Source of the DNA: Paracoccaceae bacterium | Lineage (GTDB): Bacteria > Pseudomonadota > Alphaproteobacteria > Rhodobacterales > Rhodobacteraceae | DNA length: 64,000 nucleotides | Direction of reading: 5' to 3' | NCBI GenBank assembly: GCA_045565235.1 | Contig: JBJLFU010000002.1 | Span: 6,760 to 70,759, forward strand | Shown here: positions 8,361-19,330 of the stretch, one piece after another | Layout: the number at the start of each line of letters is the position of its first letter | Numbering within the stretch: position 1 is the first letter of the stretch | Translations under genes and position numbers: made by a program | Notes under the pieces: model-generated | The model's input: the letters and a program-made list of their open reading frames with translations, nothing else | Database searches by the model: none | What the model was told of the DNA's origin: nothing

Positions 8361-10061
8361 ATGGTTTTTGAGTCTGGGCAAACTAGTTCTAATAGAAATT
8401 ATGTTGGAAAAAATTCAGGTGATTTCCAGTTCCGCTTATTTGCTCTTCTAATAGCATTAATTTTGGCATTCTGTCTTATAGGTTTACAAATGGTTCTAAT
8501 GGCTACAAAGCCAAACAATGAAGAAATAAAAACAAGAGCTCCAAATAATAATATTGGTAACCGTAAAGACGTTGTAGACAGGCAGGGAAAGTTATTAGCA
8601 ACTAATATTTCGGTGAACTCTCTATATGCACATCCGCATGAAATAATTGATAAAGTTAAAGTCATAACAGACTTAGATAAAATCTTTGTTAACGAAAAAG
8701 CAGGATTGTTTAGGCAAAAAATAATGAGCGATAAGCCTTTTGTTTGGTTAAAAAAGACAATGTCCCCAGATCAACAGGAAAGTGTAATGGATATTGGCCA
8801 ACCAGGACTTTATTTTGGACCTAGGAAAATGAGAATTTTTCCAAATGGAGAAGTAGCTTCGCACGCTTTGGGGGGAGTGAGGTTTGGCGAGGAGAGGGTT
8901 GATGGTGCTGAAATTTTAGGTACGGCAGGAGTAGAGTTATATTTTGATGATTTTCTTAGGGAGTTCAATAAAGGAGATGAAAGATTGGAGTTGTCCCTAG
9001 ATTTAACGCTACAATCCTTGATCGAACAAATTCTTCAGGATGGAATTAGATTAATGGAAGCTAAAGGAGGTTCAGTAGTATTGATGAACTCAAAAACTGG
9101 AGAAATTCTTTCTTTAGTGTCCTTTCCAGAATTTGATCCTAATGATCGACCTAAGAATCTATTCAAGGACAATCCGGCTGATAGCCCAATATTTAATCGT
9201 GCTGTCCAGGGAATTTATGAATTAGGTTCAGTGTTTAAGATATTTACAGTAGCCTTAGCTTTAGATAAAAATTTAGTAGAAGTTGATACGAAGCTTAATA
9301 CTAAAGGTCCTTTAAGGATAGGTGGAAGAACAATTTCAGATCATAAATACTTTGGACCTAGCTTAACCGTTGAAGAAATTATAGTAAAATCTTCAAATGT
9401 TGGTACTGTGAGAATAGCCAACAAAATTGGCTCAGAACTACTAAAGGATTTTTATGCAAATTTAGGTCTATTGGATAGGACTAGTCTAGAGCTACCAGAA
9501 ACCAGATTAACCGTCCCACAATCTCCCAGAAAGTGGAAAAGTCTAGATATGGCCACAGCTTCCTATGGTCATGGGATAGCTGTCTCTCCTATACATTTGG
9601 CGGCAGCATACTCTAGTTTGGTAAATGGAGGTTACAAAGTAAACCCCACCCTATTGCTTAAAGATAAAAAAATAACAGATAAGGTCGAACATGAACCAAA
9701 AAATCAAGTCATAAGAAATGCAACATCCAGTATAGTCAGGTCTCTTCTTAATAGAGTGGTAGTTGATGGAACCGCTAAAGATAGTAATTTTGGAGGCTAC
9801 AACGTCGGAGGTAAAACAGGAACAGCTGAGAAACCTAATCCTGTGGGTGGGGGTTATTATGAAGATAAAGTAATTTCTACTTTTGCATCTGTATTTCCTA
9901 TCTCAACTGGTGATTATGTCCTTGTAGTAACTTTAGACGAGCCAGAAAATAATTTAGGATCAGAAAGCTTTAGATATGCTAGTAAAACCGCAGTACCAAT
10001 TTCTGCGAAAATAATTAGCAGAATAGGACCATTATTAGGTTTGAAGTTAGAGAAAAAATAA
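8361..10061 (+). CDS. ftsI: Peptidoglycan D,D-transpeptidase FtsI (PBP3)
   Basis: N-terminal TM, PBP dimerisation region and transpeptidase motifs S.FK (GSVFK), SSN (KSSNVG) and KTGT (GKTGTA). Confidence 0.92.
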   Translation: MVFESGQTSSNRNYVGKNSGDFQFRLFALLIALILAFCLIGLQMVLMATKPNNEEIKTRAPNNNIGNRKDVVDRQGKLLATNISVNSLYAHPHEIIDKVKVITDLDKIFVNEKAGLFRQKIMSDKPFVWLKKTMSPDQQESVMDIGQPGLYFGPRKMRIFPNGEVASHALGGVRFGEERVDGAEILGTAGVELYFDDFLREFNKGDERLELSLDLTLQSLIEQILQDGIRLMEAKGGSVVLMNSKTGEILSLVSFPEFDPNDRPKNLFKDNPADSPIFNRAVQGIYELGSVFKIFTVALALDKNLVEVDTKLNTKGPLRIGGRTISDHKYFGPSLTVEEIIVKSSNVGTVRIANKIGSELLKDFYANLGLLDRTSLELPETRLTVPQSPRKWKSLDMATASYGHGIAVSPIHLAAAYSSLVNGGYKVNPTLLLKDKKITDKVEHEPKNQVIRNATSSIVRSLLNRVVVDGTAKDSNFGGYNVGGKTGTAEKPNPVGGGYYEDKVISTFASVFPISTGDYVLVVTLDEPENNLGSESFRYASKTAVPISAKIISRIGPLLGLKLEKK

Positions 10062-10104
10062 TGAAAATTATAATCATAAACTCAGACAAACTGAGGGTAA
10101 AACT

Positions 10105-11613
10105 ATGATGATTGACTTTGATTCAGTCTCCTCAGTAAAGCTTTGCGACCTAGACATTACAAATAATTTACTAACGGCCTATCATCCTGACCCTAACTTA
10201 GTTTTATCCGGGTTATCTGAAAAGTCACATTTAGTTGGAAAGGGTTTTGTATTTTTTGCACTTTCTGGAACTACTACGCATGGTGCCCACTTTACCAAGG
10301 ACGCAGTATCAAGAGGAGCAGGCTTAGTCATAAGTGATCCAGAAGGTGAGAAAATAATTCAAGCACTAGATTTAAGGATACCAGTCTATATTTTTAAAAA
10401 GCCAAGAGAAATTTTAGCAAAGGCTTCATCTTCATTTTTTAAAGCCCAACCATCGTGTATAGTTGGAGTGACAGGAACTAATGGAAAAACGTCTGTCTCA
10501 CATTATGTTAGACAAGTTTGGGAGTTGTTAGGTCAATCTGCTTTGAGTATTGGTACCACTGGCGTTAATGGTTTGATTGATCTGCCTCTAGAACATACTA
10601 CCCCTGATGCTATTAAATTACACTGGTTACTTAATCAAATGGTGGATCAAGGTATTAGTAAGGTTATTATAGAGGCTTCTTCTCATGGATTAGAACAATG
10701 TAGATTAGATGGTATTAGGTTTTCAGTAGGAGCTTTCACCAATTTAAGTAGAGACCATTTCGATTACCACGGAGAAATAGAGGCATATTTTCAAGCTAAG
10801 GCCATTCTGTTTGAGAGATTGATTAGTAAAAATGGTGGAGCAGTAATAGGGATAGATGACAAATATGGAACTAGGATATCCAAATTGGCAAACGTTAAGT
10901 CTACTAATCTGGTGACCGTTGGTAAAAACAAGAAAGCCAATATAAGGTTAGTATCACAAAACTTTCACTCTAGAGGTCAGGAAATAAAAGTTGATTGGCA
11001 AGGGAAGGAACATATAATTCCATTAACCTTATTTGGTGATTTTCAAGCTAATAACATATTATTAGCTCTTGGTATTTTAAGTATATGCGGTGAGAAACCA
11101 GAAAGAGTTATAAATTTATTATCTAGATTGAAAGCTGTTCCAGGCCGAATGGAAGAAGTAGCTGTCAGAAAAAATGGGGCTAGGATTTTTGTTGATTATG
11201 CACATACCCCTGAAGCTTTAAAAGCAGCCTTGAGATCAATCCGCGCTCATTTTATGGGTCAAATCCACCTAGTCTTCGGAGCTGGGGGTAATAGAGATAA
11301 AGGGAAAAGAAAAATGATGGGGCAAATAGCTTCAGACTTTTCAGATAAAATAATTATAACTGATGATAATCCAAGGAATGAAGATCCAGCTAGTATTAGG
11401 ACAGAAATCAAGAAATTTTGTCCAAAGGCCATTGAAATTGGAGACAGGGCAGAGGCAATCTTAGTTGGGGTTGACCAACTTAGAACTGGTGATGCGTTAA
11501 TTATAGCGGGGAAAGGGCATGAAAAAACGCAGACCTTTGCTAACTCAATCTTACCATTTGATGATGGAGAGCAAGCTAGTTACTCCGTTGCCGCTCTAGA
11601 TGGTGAGACTTGA
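10105..11613 (+). CDS. murE: UDP-MurNAc-L-Ala-D-Glu:meso-DAP ligase
   Basis: Mur ligase P-loop GVTGTNGKTS, a DNPR motif (ITDDNPRNEDP) diagnostic of DAP-adding MurE, and dcw position. Confidence 0.95.
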   Translation: MMIDFDSVSSVKLCDLDITNNLLTAYHPDPNLVLSGLSEKSHLVGKGFVFFALSGTTTHGAHFTKDAVSRGAGLVISDPEGEKIIQALDLRIPVYIFKKPREILAKASSSFFKAQPSCIVGVTGTNGKTSVSHYVRQVWELLGQSALSIGTTGVNGLIDLPLEHTTPDAIKLHWLLNQMVDQGISKVIIEASSHGLEQCRLDGIRFSVGAFTNLSRDHFDYHGEIEAYFQAKAILFERLISKNGGAVIGIDDKYGTRISKLANVKSTNLVTVGKNKKANIRLVSQNFHSRGQEIKVDWQGKEHIIPLTLFGDFQANNILLALGILSICGEKPERVINLLSRLKAVPGRMEEVAVRKNGARIFVDYAHTPEALKAALRSIRAHFMGQIHLVFGAGGNRDKGKRKMMGQIASDFSDKIIITDDNPRNEDPASIRTEIKKFCPKAIEIGDRAEAILVGVDQLRTGDALIIAGKGHEKTQTFANSILPFDDGEQASYSVAALDGET

Positions 11614-13049
11614 TGGAAAATCTTTTTACAGATGTTGAAATTCATGAGGCTGTTGGCGGTCGTATAACAAAGAGAAATTGGTCAGTTAAAGGTGTCTCTA
11701 TAGACTCAAGAACTATACTTAAAGGAGAGTTATTCATAGCAATTCAGGCTGAAAGGGATGGGCATAATTTTATAATTTCAGCCATTCAGAATGGAGCAGC
11801 CGCAGCTATCGTAACCAGAATCCCTAAAGATGTACCTTCTAATTTTCCGTGTCTGCTTGTGAAGGACAGTCTCAAGGCGCTGAATGATTTAGCACATTTT
11901 TCAAGGCAGAGGTATCAGGGAAAGCTAGTCGCAGTAACTGGCTCTGTTGGGAAGACCAGTACCAAAGCCATGCTTTCACAAGTTTTTTCAAAATTTGGGA
12001 ATACTTATTCTTCTCCTCAAAGTTATAATAATTACCTCGGCGTGCCACTGACACTAGTGAATATACCCTTGGGGACACAATATGTAGTTTGTGAAATTGG
12101 AATGAATTCTAGGGGAGAAATAGAACCTTTATCAAAATTAGCATCCCCTGATATTGGTATTATCACAAATATTTCCCCCGCACATTTAGCATCTTTTAAT
12201 AGCCTAGAAGGCATTGCTGAAGAAAAGGCTATGATTTGTTCTGGCTTGGCTTCAAACGGAATTTTAATTTATCCAAATGATACGCACTATGCTAAACCAA
12301 TTGTAAAGATGATTAATAAAAAAAAGGTAAGAAAGCTTACCTTTGGATTTAAGCCTGCAGCTGATGTATACCTTAAGAAAATTGGATCTAAAAAAAATAA
12401 AACCTCATTAGATGTAAATATAAAGCACATCAAAAATTTTAGCTTTGATTTAGATGCTCTGGGATCCCATCATGCTGTAAATTCTCTCACTGTATTAGGT
12501 ACTATTTTTGACCTTGGACTTAATTTGGATAAAGCAGTGAATTATTTGCGGACTTGGCGGCCTGGAGATGGCAGAGGAAAGATTCTAGATTTAAAGTTAA
12601 AAAAAGGTTCTAAAGACCTACTTATAAAAGTTATTGATGAAAGTTATAATTGTAACCCGTCTTCATTGAAGGCAAGTTTGGAGGTTGTAAAAAACCTAAG
12701 CTTTGATTTTGATAAAGTATGGAAGGGAAAACCTTTCCAGAGGATAGCTATTTTAGGAGATATGTTAGAGCTGGGTGCTCAGGCAAAAAAATTCCACAAA
12801 GATATAGCAGATTTAGAAAGTATGAGTTGTTTCGACCGGGTGCACTGCATAGGAGAGCTGATGGAAAACTTATACTGTGGTTTGTCCCACAAAATTAAAG
12901 GCTTATCGGTAAGAGATCCGAAAGATTTATTGCCACACCTTCTGAGCACCATTCAGGATAGAGATGTCTATGTCGTAAAGGGATCAAATTCAGTTGGACT
13001 TTCGTTTATAGTTGCTGAATTATGTAAGTTAAAAGGTCAGATTATCTAG
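11613..13049 (+). CDS. murF: UDP-MurNAc-tripeptide:D-Ala-D-Ala ligase
   Basis: Mur ligase P-loop VTGSVGKTSTK, EIGMN, NISPAHL and DESYN.NP motifs. The ATG at 11613 overlaps the murE TGA (TGATG). An in-frame TTG at 11610 is an alternative start. Confidence 0.93.
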   Translation: MENLFTDVEIHEAVGGRITKRNWSVKGVSIDSRTILKGELFIAIQAERDGHNFIISAIQNGAAAAIVTRIPKDVPSNFPCLLVKDSLKALNDLAHFSRQRYQGKLVAVTGSVGKTSTKAMLSQVFSKFGNTYSSPQSYNNYLGVPLTLVNIPLGTQYVVCEIGMNSRGEIEPLSKLASPDIGIITNISPAHLASFNSLEGIAEEKAMICSGLASNGILIYPNDTHYAKPIVKMINKKKVRKLTFGFKPAADVYLKKIGSKKNKTSLDVNIKHIKNFSFDLDALGSHHAVNSLTVLGTIFDLGLNLDKAVNYLRTWRPGDGRGKILDLKLKKGSKDLLIKVIDESYNCNPSSLKASLEVVKNLSFDFDKVWKGKPFQRIAILGDMLELGAQAKKFHKDIADLESMSCFDRVHCIGELMENLYCGLSHKIKGLSVRDPKDLLPHLLSTIQDRDVYVVKGSNSVGLSFIVAELCKLKGQII

Positions 13050-13061
13050 AGGTAAAAGTTT

Positions 13062-14147
13062 ATGCTATATTTCCTACACTTTTGGACTGACGGTGGTGAT
13101 TTATTCAATTTGTTTAGGTATATCACCTTTAGAGCAGGTGGTGCTTTTTTTACATCTCTTATTTTTGGCTTCCTCTTTAGCAGACCTATAATAAATTCTT
13201 TAAAGCGGAGACAGGTACAAGGTCAACCTATACGCGAAGATGGGCCGGATGGTCATAAAGAAAAAAAAGCAGGTACTCCAACCATGGGTGGTGTTCTGAT
13301 TATTGGTTCGTTGATATTTTCTTCTTTGTTGTGGTGTCGATATGATATTGGTTATGTGTGGATAGTTATTTTTGTAACTATTGGTTTTGGCCTCTTAGGT
13401 TTTGTTGACGACTATTCAAAAATCCGTTACGGAAATTCAAAAGGTATTTCTGGAAGGCTACGCTTATTCGTAGGTTTTTTAATTGCGGCGGTTGCAACAA
13501 TGTGGGTCATAGCTATACAAGACTCTAACCTTTCAATGGCCTTGGCTGTTCCCATTTTTAAGGATCTTTTATTGAACTTAGGGTGGTTTTTTGTTCCTTT
13601 TTCAGTATTTGTTATTGTAGGATCTGCAAACTCTGTTAACCTAACAGATGGACTTGATGGTTTAGCTATAATGCCTGTAATGATAGCAAGTGGATCTCTC
13701 GGGGTTATAGCCTATGCCGTAGGTAGGGTCGACTTTTCAACTTATTTAGAAGTTCATTATATTGCAGGTTCGGGTGAGATAGCAGTATTTTCAGCCGCTC
13801 TAATAGGAGCTGGACTTGGTTTTTTATGGTATAATGCTCCTCCAGCAGCAGTTTTTATGGGGGATACTGGATCATTGGCTTTGGGAGGAGCACTGGGTGC
13901 TATTTCAGTATGCACAAAACACGAAATAGTTTTAGCAATAATTGGTGGTTTATTTGTCTTAGAAGCATTATCCGTTATAATTCAAGTATCAGTTTATAAG
14001 CTAACCGGGAAACGAGTATTCTTAATGGCTCCAATTCATCACCATTTTGAAAAATTAGGATGGGCAGAACCTCAGATAGTTATTCGATTTTGGATTATAT
14101 CTGTAATTTTGGCTCTGGTTGGATTAGCTACACTTAAACTTAGATGA
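13062..14147 (+). CDS. mraY: Phospho-MurNAc-pentapeptide translocase
   Basis: 361 aa polytopic membrane protein with [35 protein letters not shown] and MAPIHHHFE motifs. Confidence 0.96.
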   Translation: MLYFLHFWTDGGDLFNLFRYITFRAGGAFFTSLIFGFLFSRPIINSLKRRQVQGQPIREDGPDGHKEKKAGTPTMGGVLIIGSLIFSSLLWCRYDIGYVWIVIFVTIGFGLLGFVDDYSKIRYGNSKGISGRLRLFVGFLIAAVATMWVIAIQDSNLSMALAVPIFKDLLLNLGWFFVPFSVFVIVGSANSVNLTDGLDGLAIMPVMIASGSLGVIAYAVGRVDFSTYLEVHYIAGSGEIAVFSAALIGAGLGFLWYNAPPAAVFMGDTGSLALGGALGAISVCTKHEIVLAIIGGLFVLEALSVIIQVSVYKLTGKRVFLMAPIHHHFEKLGWAEPQIVIRFWIISVILALVGLATLKLR

Positions 14148-14150
14148 GAT

Positions 14151-15551
14151 ATGTCTATACCTCTTTTTTGTAAAAATAGAAAAGTTGCACTGATGGGATT
14201 GGGAATGACTGGGCAATCTCTCATAAAGTATCTCAAAAAATATAATATGTCACCTATTTGTTGGGATGATGATGCTGAAAGACGGGAAAAGTTTGAGGCA
14301 CAAGGGGCAGAAATAGAAGACCTCAATGAGCCTAAGGTTTGGAACGAGATTGACCTTTTAATTATTTCTCCTGGTATTCCTTTTCTATATCCAGAGCCCC
14401 ATCCAGTAGTAAAACTTGCGCGCGAAAATTCTGTTCAGATAATTACAGACATTGACTTATTCTTTGAACACCTGAATGCAAAAAGCAATTTTACAGGAAA
14501 GTTAAAACCAAAAATTATTTGCGTAACAGGATCGAACGGTAAATCTACTACGACAGCTTTGATCCACCATATCTTAAAAGGAGTTTCTAAAAATGTAGAA
14601 ATGGGAGGAAATATTGGAAGGCCTGTTATGGACCTTAACTTGGAAAATTCTGATAGCATAAAAGTGATTGAGTTATCTTCTTATCAAATTGAGATAGCAG
14701 GGAAACTTGATCCAGACATAGCAATCTTTCTAAATTTTTCTAATGATCACCTAATTAGGCATGGTGGCTCAGGTGGTTATTTTTTTAGTAAAGCCAAACT
14801 ATTTTTGGTAGGTAATCCAAAAATTAATATAATAGGTATTGATCAGAAGGAAGGTAGATATTTGGCTAACTTTCTTGAGGCAGGCAATGACCCTCGTAAT
14901 GTAGTTATTAAGATTTCGACTTTGGGTCCAGTCTCATGCTCCAAATGGTCTGTATTCATATCGAATGATTTCATAATTGAAGTCAGGGAGGGGAAAGAAG
15001 TATTTAAGTCTGATTTAACAAAGGTGTTAAAAATACCTGGTCAACATAACAGACAAAATGCTTGCGCATCTTTTGCGGCTTGTCGAGCATTAGGATTATC
15101 CTCAAAGAGATCATTTGATAAAATATTTGGGTTTAGGGGATTACCGCATAGGACAGAACTGATTAGAAACTTTCATGGCATTGTATTTGTGAACGACAGT
15201 AAAGCTACAAATATGGAGTCAGTAAAAAAATCATTGGGGACTTTTGATAATATAAGATGGATAGCTGGTGGTCTAAAAAAAGAGGGAGATGATATAAATT
15301 TAAATTCTTTCTTTTCAAAAATAGAAAAAGCCTACCTTATTGGTTCATCAGCAGAAGAATTTTCAAACTCACTAAAAGGGTTGGATCATGATATATGTGA
15401 GCAATTAGATAAGGCTGTTCTCACTGCTTATAAGGAAGCAAAACCTGGTGATACAATTCTTTTGGCCCCAGGTTGTGCAAGCTTTGATCAGTTTAAAAGT
15501 TTTGAAGACAGAGGAGATAAGTTCCGCAAATTAGTTAATGGTTTATCATAA
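14151..15551 (+). CDS. murD: UDP-MurNAc-L-Ala:D-Glu ligase
   Basis: Mur ligase P-loop VTGSNGKSTT, HR.E, NDSKATN and a C-terminal APGCASFDQF..FE.RG..F. Confidence 0.93.
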   Translation: MSIPLFCKNRKVALMGLGMTGQSLIKYLKKYNMSPICWDDDAERREKFEAQGAEIEDLNEPKVWNEIDLLIISPGIPFLYPEPHPVVKLARENSVQIITDIDLFFEHLNAKSNFTGKLKPKIICVTGSNGKSTTTALIHHILKGVSKNVEMGGNIGRPVMDLNLENSDSIKVIELSSYQIEIAGKLDPDIAIFLNFSNDHLIRHGGSGGYFFSKAKLFLVGNPKINIIGIDQKEGRYLANFLEAGNDPRNVVIKISTLGPVSCSKWSVFISNDFIIEVREGKEVFKSDLTKVLKIPGQHNRQNACASFAACRALGLSSKRSFDKIFGFRGLPHRTELIRNFHGIVFVNDSKATNMESVKKSLGTFDNIRWIAGGLKKEGDDINLNSFFSKIEKAYLIGSSAEEFSNSLKGLDHDICEQLDKAVLTAYKEAKPGDTILLAPGCASFDQFKSFEDRGDKFRKLVNGLS

Positions 15552-15666
15552 AAGACTTCCTAAGCTATTACTAAAAATGTACCTTTTTTAATTTATCTTT
15601 TCTTAAATAGCTACAACTGCTAAAGTAATTTTATAATAATAAAAACAGGCATTACTTTATTACAGA

Positions 15667-16812
15667 ATGACAGATATTATCTTTAGGCCTCGCTCAGATA
15701 TTTTTGAAGAGAGCGAACTGCCCAGGTGGTGGAAAACCGTGGACAAATGGTCCTTATTTTCTCTAATGGGGCTTTTTCTGAGTGGGTTGTTGTTAGGAAT
15801 GGCAGCTTCTGTGCCATTGGCAGAAGCTAATGGAAAGCAAGTATTCTACTATGTTAATAGGCAATTGATATATGGGATATTTTCTTTTTTTTGTATACTG
15901 GGTCTCTCAATATTATCGGTACGCGAGAATAGAAGGATAGCATTGATAGGTTTTTTGATTTCATTTACGCTTTTACTTGCTCTTCCAATTTTTGGAACAG
16001 ATCATGGGAAGGGTGCTATTAGATGGCTATCATTATTTGGTTCATCTTTGCAACCCTCCGAATTCCTCAAACCTTTTTTTGTAGTAGCCATTGCTTGGAC
16101 AATGTCAGCGGGTCAAAAAGAGCCAAAATTACCTGGTAAGGCAATTTCATTTACGATCATGTTAGTAATAGTCTTAATATTAGTAATGCAACCTGATTAT
16201 GGCCAAGCAGCCCTATTTTTATCGATTTGGGTTATATTATATTTTGTTTCGGGGGCGTCATACTTATTACTAGCAGGAATTATGTTTTTATCACTTTTAG
16301 GTGGATTAATAGCCTACTTAAATTCTGAGCATGTTGCTAGGAGAATTGATGGATTTCTTTCACCAGATTTAGATCCTCGGACCCAATTAGGTTTTGCTAC
16401 TAATTCTATCCAAGAGGGAGGATTATTCGGCGTTGGATTAGGAGAAGGTGTTATAAAATGGAGATTGCCTGATGCTCATACAGATTTCATAATTGCAGTA
16501 GCAGCAGAAGAGTATGGTGTATTAATTTGTATCTTGATTATCACATTTTTTATTATAATTGTTGGAAGGTCTCTAGTCATACTTAGCAAAGAGAGAGATT
16601 TTTTCATAAGGAACTGTGGAGTAGGTTCGATTTCTTTTTTTGCTTTGCAGGCTATAATAAATTTGGGAGTCTCAGTTCGCTTACTACCAGCCAAAGGAAT
16701 GACACTTCCATTTATTAGTTATGGGGGATCTTCAATAATAGCTTCAGGCTTTTTAATGGGACTACTTTTGGCGTGTACTAGAAATCGTCCTTTAGGTACG
16801 GCAAATCATTAG
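15667..16812 (+). CDS. ftsW: SEDS-family peptidoglycan glycosyltransferase FtsW
   Basis: 381 aa polytopic membrane protein with QPSEF.K, QPD.G, HTDFI.AV..EE.G and LPAKGMTLPF.SYGGSS motifs, at the dcw position. Confidence 0.93.
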   Translation: MTDIIFRPRSDIFEESELPRWWKTVDKWSLFSLMGLFLSGLLLGMAASVPLAEANGKQVFYYVNRQLIYGIFSFFCILGLSILSVRENRRIALIGFLISFTLLLALPIFGTDHGKGAIRWLSLFGSSLQPSEFLKPFFVVAIAWTMSAGQKEPKLPGKAISFTIMLVIVLILVMQPDYGQAALFLSIWVILYFVSGASYLLLAGIMFLSLLGGLIAYLNSEHVARRIDGFLSPDLDPRTQLGFATNSIQEGGLFGVGLGEGVIKWRLPDAHTDFIIAVAAEEYGVLICILIITFFIIIVGRSLVILSKERDFFIRNCGVGSISFFALQAIINLGVSVRLLPAKGMTLPFISYGGSSIIASGFLMGLLLACTRNRPLGTANH

Positions 16813-16829
16813 CTAGGAGGAACATTTGA

Positions 16830-17936
16830 ATGAGAAAAAAACCAGTTCTTTTAATAGCTGCTGGTGGTACTGGAGGACACATGTTCCCGGCCCAAGCATT
16901 AGCTTGGGAATTTGAAAAGGTTGGATGGAAAGTAATTTTGGTAACTGATCTAAGGGGGGAAAAGTTTTCCAGAGAATTTCCTGCTAGCATAATAAAATTT
17001 GTACAAATATCAGCTACATTAAGATTTAGAGATCCATTGAGGATCCCTAGAGCAATATTTTTAATATTAGCTAGCATTATTAAATCTTTTCAAGTGTTTA
17101 TCAAGTTTAAGCCAATGGCTGTAATAGGTTTTGGAGGTTATCCTTCTTTTGGATCTATCTTTGTAGCCAAACTTCTTGATGTAAATACCATAGTACACGA
17201 ACAAAATGCAGTTTTAGGTAGAGTCAATAAATTTTTCTCAAAGAGGGTCAATGTAGTTGCTTGTAGCTATTGGCCAACGAAGGCTCCCATAAATGCAACA
17301 ATGCATTTCACAGGAAATCCAATACGCCATGATGTAATGACGGTACAAAGGAATATTTTTAGCTTACCTTTAACTGGTCCTCTCAACCTTATTGTCATTG
17401 GTGGATCTCAGGGTGCAAGCGTTTTTTCAAAAGTAGTCCCTGAAGCCCTGAAAATTCTGCCAGAAAAATTGAGAAATAGACTTAGAGTTATTCAGCAAGC
17501 ACGAAAGGAAGATTGTAGGATTTTAGAGGAGCATTATGAAAAGTTAGGAGTTGAAACAAGAGTTAAGGATTTTTTTCCAGATGTAGGTAAAATTTTTGCT
17601 TCAGCACATTTAGTAATTGCTAGAGCTGGAGCTTCAACAATTTCAGAGGTACTATTTTTTGGTAAGCCACTGATCTTAGTACCGATACCACATTCTTTTG
17701 GAGATCATCAAAGATTAAATGCACAAAGAATAGCTGAACTTGGCGCCGCTATAAAGTTAGACCAAGATAATTTAACCGGAAATCAGTTAGCTGAGAAAAT
17801 AAAAAGTATTTTAGGAAATCAAAAATTTGCCAAAAAACTTGCATTAGAGGCGTCTAAGAATTCTAATCCCCAAGCGATTATCAAACTTAAAGATCTTGTA
17901 TTAAAGGTGGCTGAGGGGAATTTTGGTGCAAAGTAA
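16830..17936 (+). CDS. murG: UDP-GlcNAc:lipid I GlcNAc transferase
   Basis: N-terminal AAGGTGGHMFPA, NPIR, GGSQGA, and ARAGASTISE near the C terminus. Confidence 0.94.
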   Translation: MRKKPVLLIAAGGTGGHMFPAQALAWEFEKVGWKVILVTDLRGEKFSREFPASIIKFVQISATLRFRDPLRIPRAIFLILASIIKSFQVFIKFKPMAVIGFGGYPSFGSIFVAKLLDVNTIVHEQNAVLGRVNKFFSKRVNVVACSYWPTKAPINATMHFTGNPIRHDVMTVQRNIFSLPLTGPLNLIVIGGSQGASVFSKVVPEALKILPEKLRNRLRVIQQARKEDCRILEEHYEKLGVETRVKDFFPDVGKIFASAHLVIARAGASTISEVLFFGKPLILVPIPHSFGDHQRLNAQRIAELGAAIKLDQDNLTGNQLAEKIKSILGNQKFAKKLALEASKNSNPQAIIKLKDLVLKVAEGNFGAK

Positions 17937-19329
17937 GACCAGAACAAAACTCCCTACAGACCTGGGGCTTATCCATTTCATAGGAATCGGTGGAATTGGA
18001 ATGTCAGGAATAGCAGAGTTACTGTTAAACCTTGGCTATAAAGTCTCAGGTTCTGATCTAAAGAATACTCCAATTATTTCTAGGTTAAAAGACTTAGGAA
18101 TTCCTATTCATATAGGACATAGCATAAACAATATTTGTTATGCAGATATAGTAGTAATTTCTTCAGCTATAGATTTAGAGAACATTGAGTTGTGTGAAGC
18201 AAGGAGGAGGTCAATTCCAGTAGTGCGTAGATCTGAGATGCTTGCAGAGCTTATGAGGTTGAAATCAAACATAGCAATTGCTGGAACTCATGGAAAAACT
18301 ACTACGACATCAATGGTAGCTGCCGTTCTTGAGGCAGGAGAATTGGATCCTACTGTGATCAATGGTGGTATAATACAAGCATATGGGTCCAATGCTAGAT
18401 TAGGTGCAGGTGACTGGATGGTAGTTGAGGCGGATGAAAGTGACGGTACCTTGATTAAAATACCGAGCACAATTGGGGTAGTGACAAATTTAGATCCCGA
18501 ACATTTAGATTATTATGGTACTTTTGATGGATTAAAAAAAACATTTATCGAGTTTCTTGGTAAAATTCCTTTCTACGGAGTTGGGATTTGTTGCTATGAC
18601 CACCCTGTATTGCGTGAATTGGTTTTAAAAATCAAAGACCGGCGCATACTGACCTATGGGTTCAACGCAGAAGCAGATTTTGTTATTAAAAATCTTTGCT
18701 ATTCGGATGAGATGGCTCATTTTGATGTTTACAGTAAGCAAAAGAAGTCCACACTAACTTTGGAATTACCAATGTATGGTGATCATAACGTCTCTAATGC
18801 AACAGCTGCAGTATCAATTGCGCAATATTTAAACATTAATTCATTATCTATTATTAATGGCTTAAAAAATTTTAAGGGTGTAAAAAGACGATTTACTAAA
18901 GTGTGTACTTGGCGAGGGATAGATATAATTGATGATTATGCCCATCATCCAGTAGAAATAAAGGCTGTACTCTCAGCAGCCAGGCAGTACTCCTTGGGCA
19001 GAGTCATAGCAGTTCACCAACCGCATAGGTATTCTAGACTAAATAGTCTTATGTCTGAATTTTGTATGTGCTTTAATGACGCTGATATAGTAGCTATAAC
19101 ACCAGTATATGCTGCTGGGGAATTACCTATCGCTGGGGCAACAGCAGAAGGGCTTATCTCTCAATTGAATTATGAGAATGATAAAGTTTCATATGTAAAA
19201 GACGAATTAGGTTTGAGAGATTTTGTGAAAGCGCAAGCAAGGGAAGGTGATATTCTTGTGTGTTTGGGCGCTGGTTCAATTAGCCAATGGGTAAATAGAT
19301 TGCCTGAATTGTTAGGGGAAGAAGGTTGA
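17923..19329 (+). CDS. murC: UDP-MurNAc:L-Ala ligase
   Basis: IHFIGIGGIGMSGIAE, GTHGKTTTTSM, EADESDG and DDYAHHP motifs. The start must be TTG (17923) or GVG-adjacent GTG (17926), because the first ATG falls inside the conserved GIGGIGMSG motif. Confidence 0.95.
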   Translation: MVQSKTRTKLPTDLGLIHFIGIGGIGMSGIAELLLNLGYKVSGSDLKNTPIISRLKDLGIPIHIGHSINNICYADIVVISSAIDLENIELCEARRRSIPVVRRSEMLAELMRLKSNIAIAGTHGKTTTTSMVAAVLEAGELDPTVINGGIIQAYGSNARLGAGDWMVVEADESDGTLIKIPSTIGVVTNLDPEHLDYYGTFDGLKKTFIEFLGKIPFYGVGICCYDHPVLRELVLKIKDRRILTYGFNAEADFVIKNLCYSDEMAHFDVYSKQKKSTLTLELPMYGDHNVSNATAAVSIAQYLNINSLSIINGLKNFKGVKRRFTKVCTWRGIDIIDDYAHHPVEIKAVLSAARQYSLGRVIAVHQPHRYSRLNSLMSEFCMCFNDADIVAITPVYAAGELPIAGATAEGLISQLNYENDKVSYVKDELGLRDFVKAQAREGDILVCLGAGSISQWVNRLPELLGEEG

Positions 19330-19330
19330 G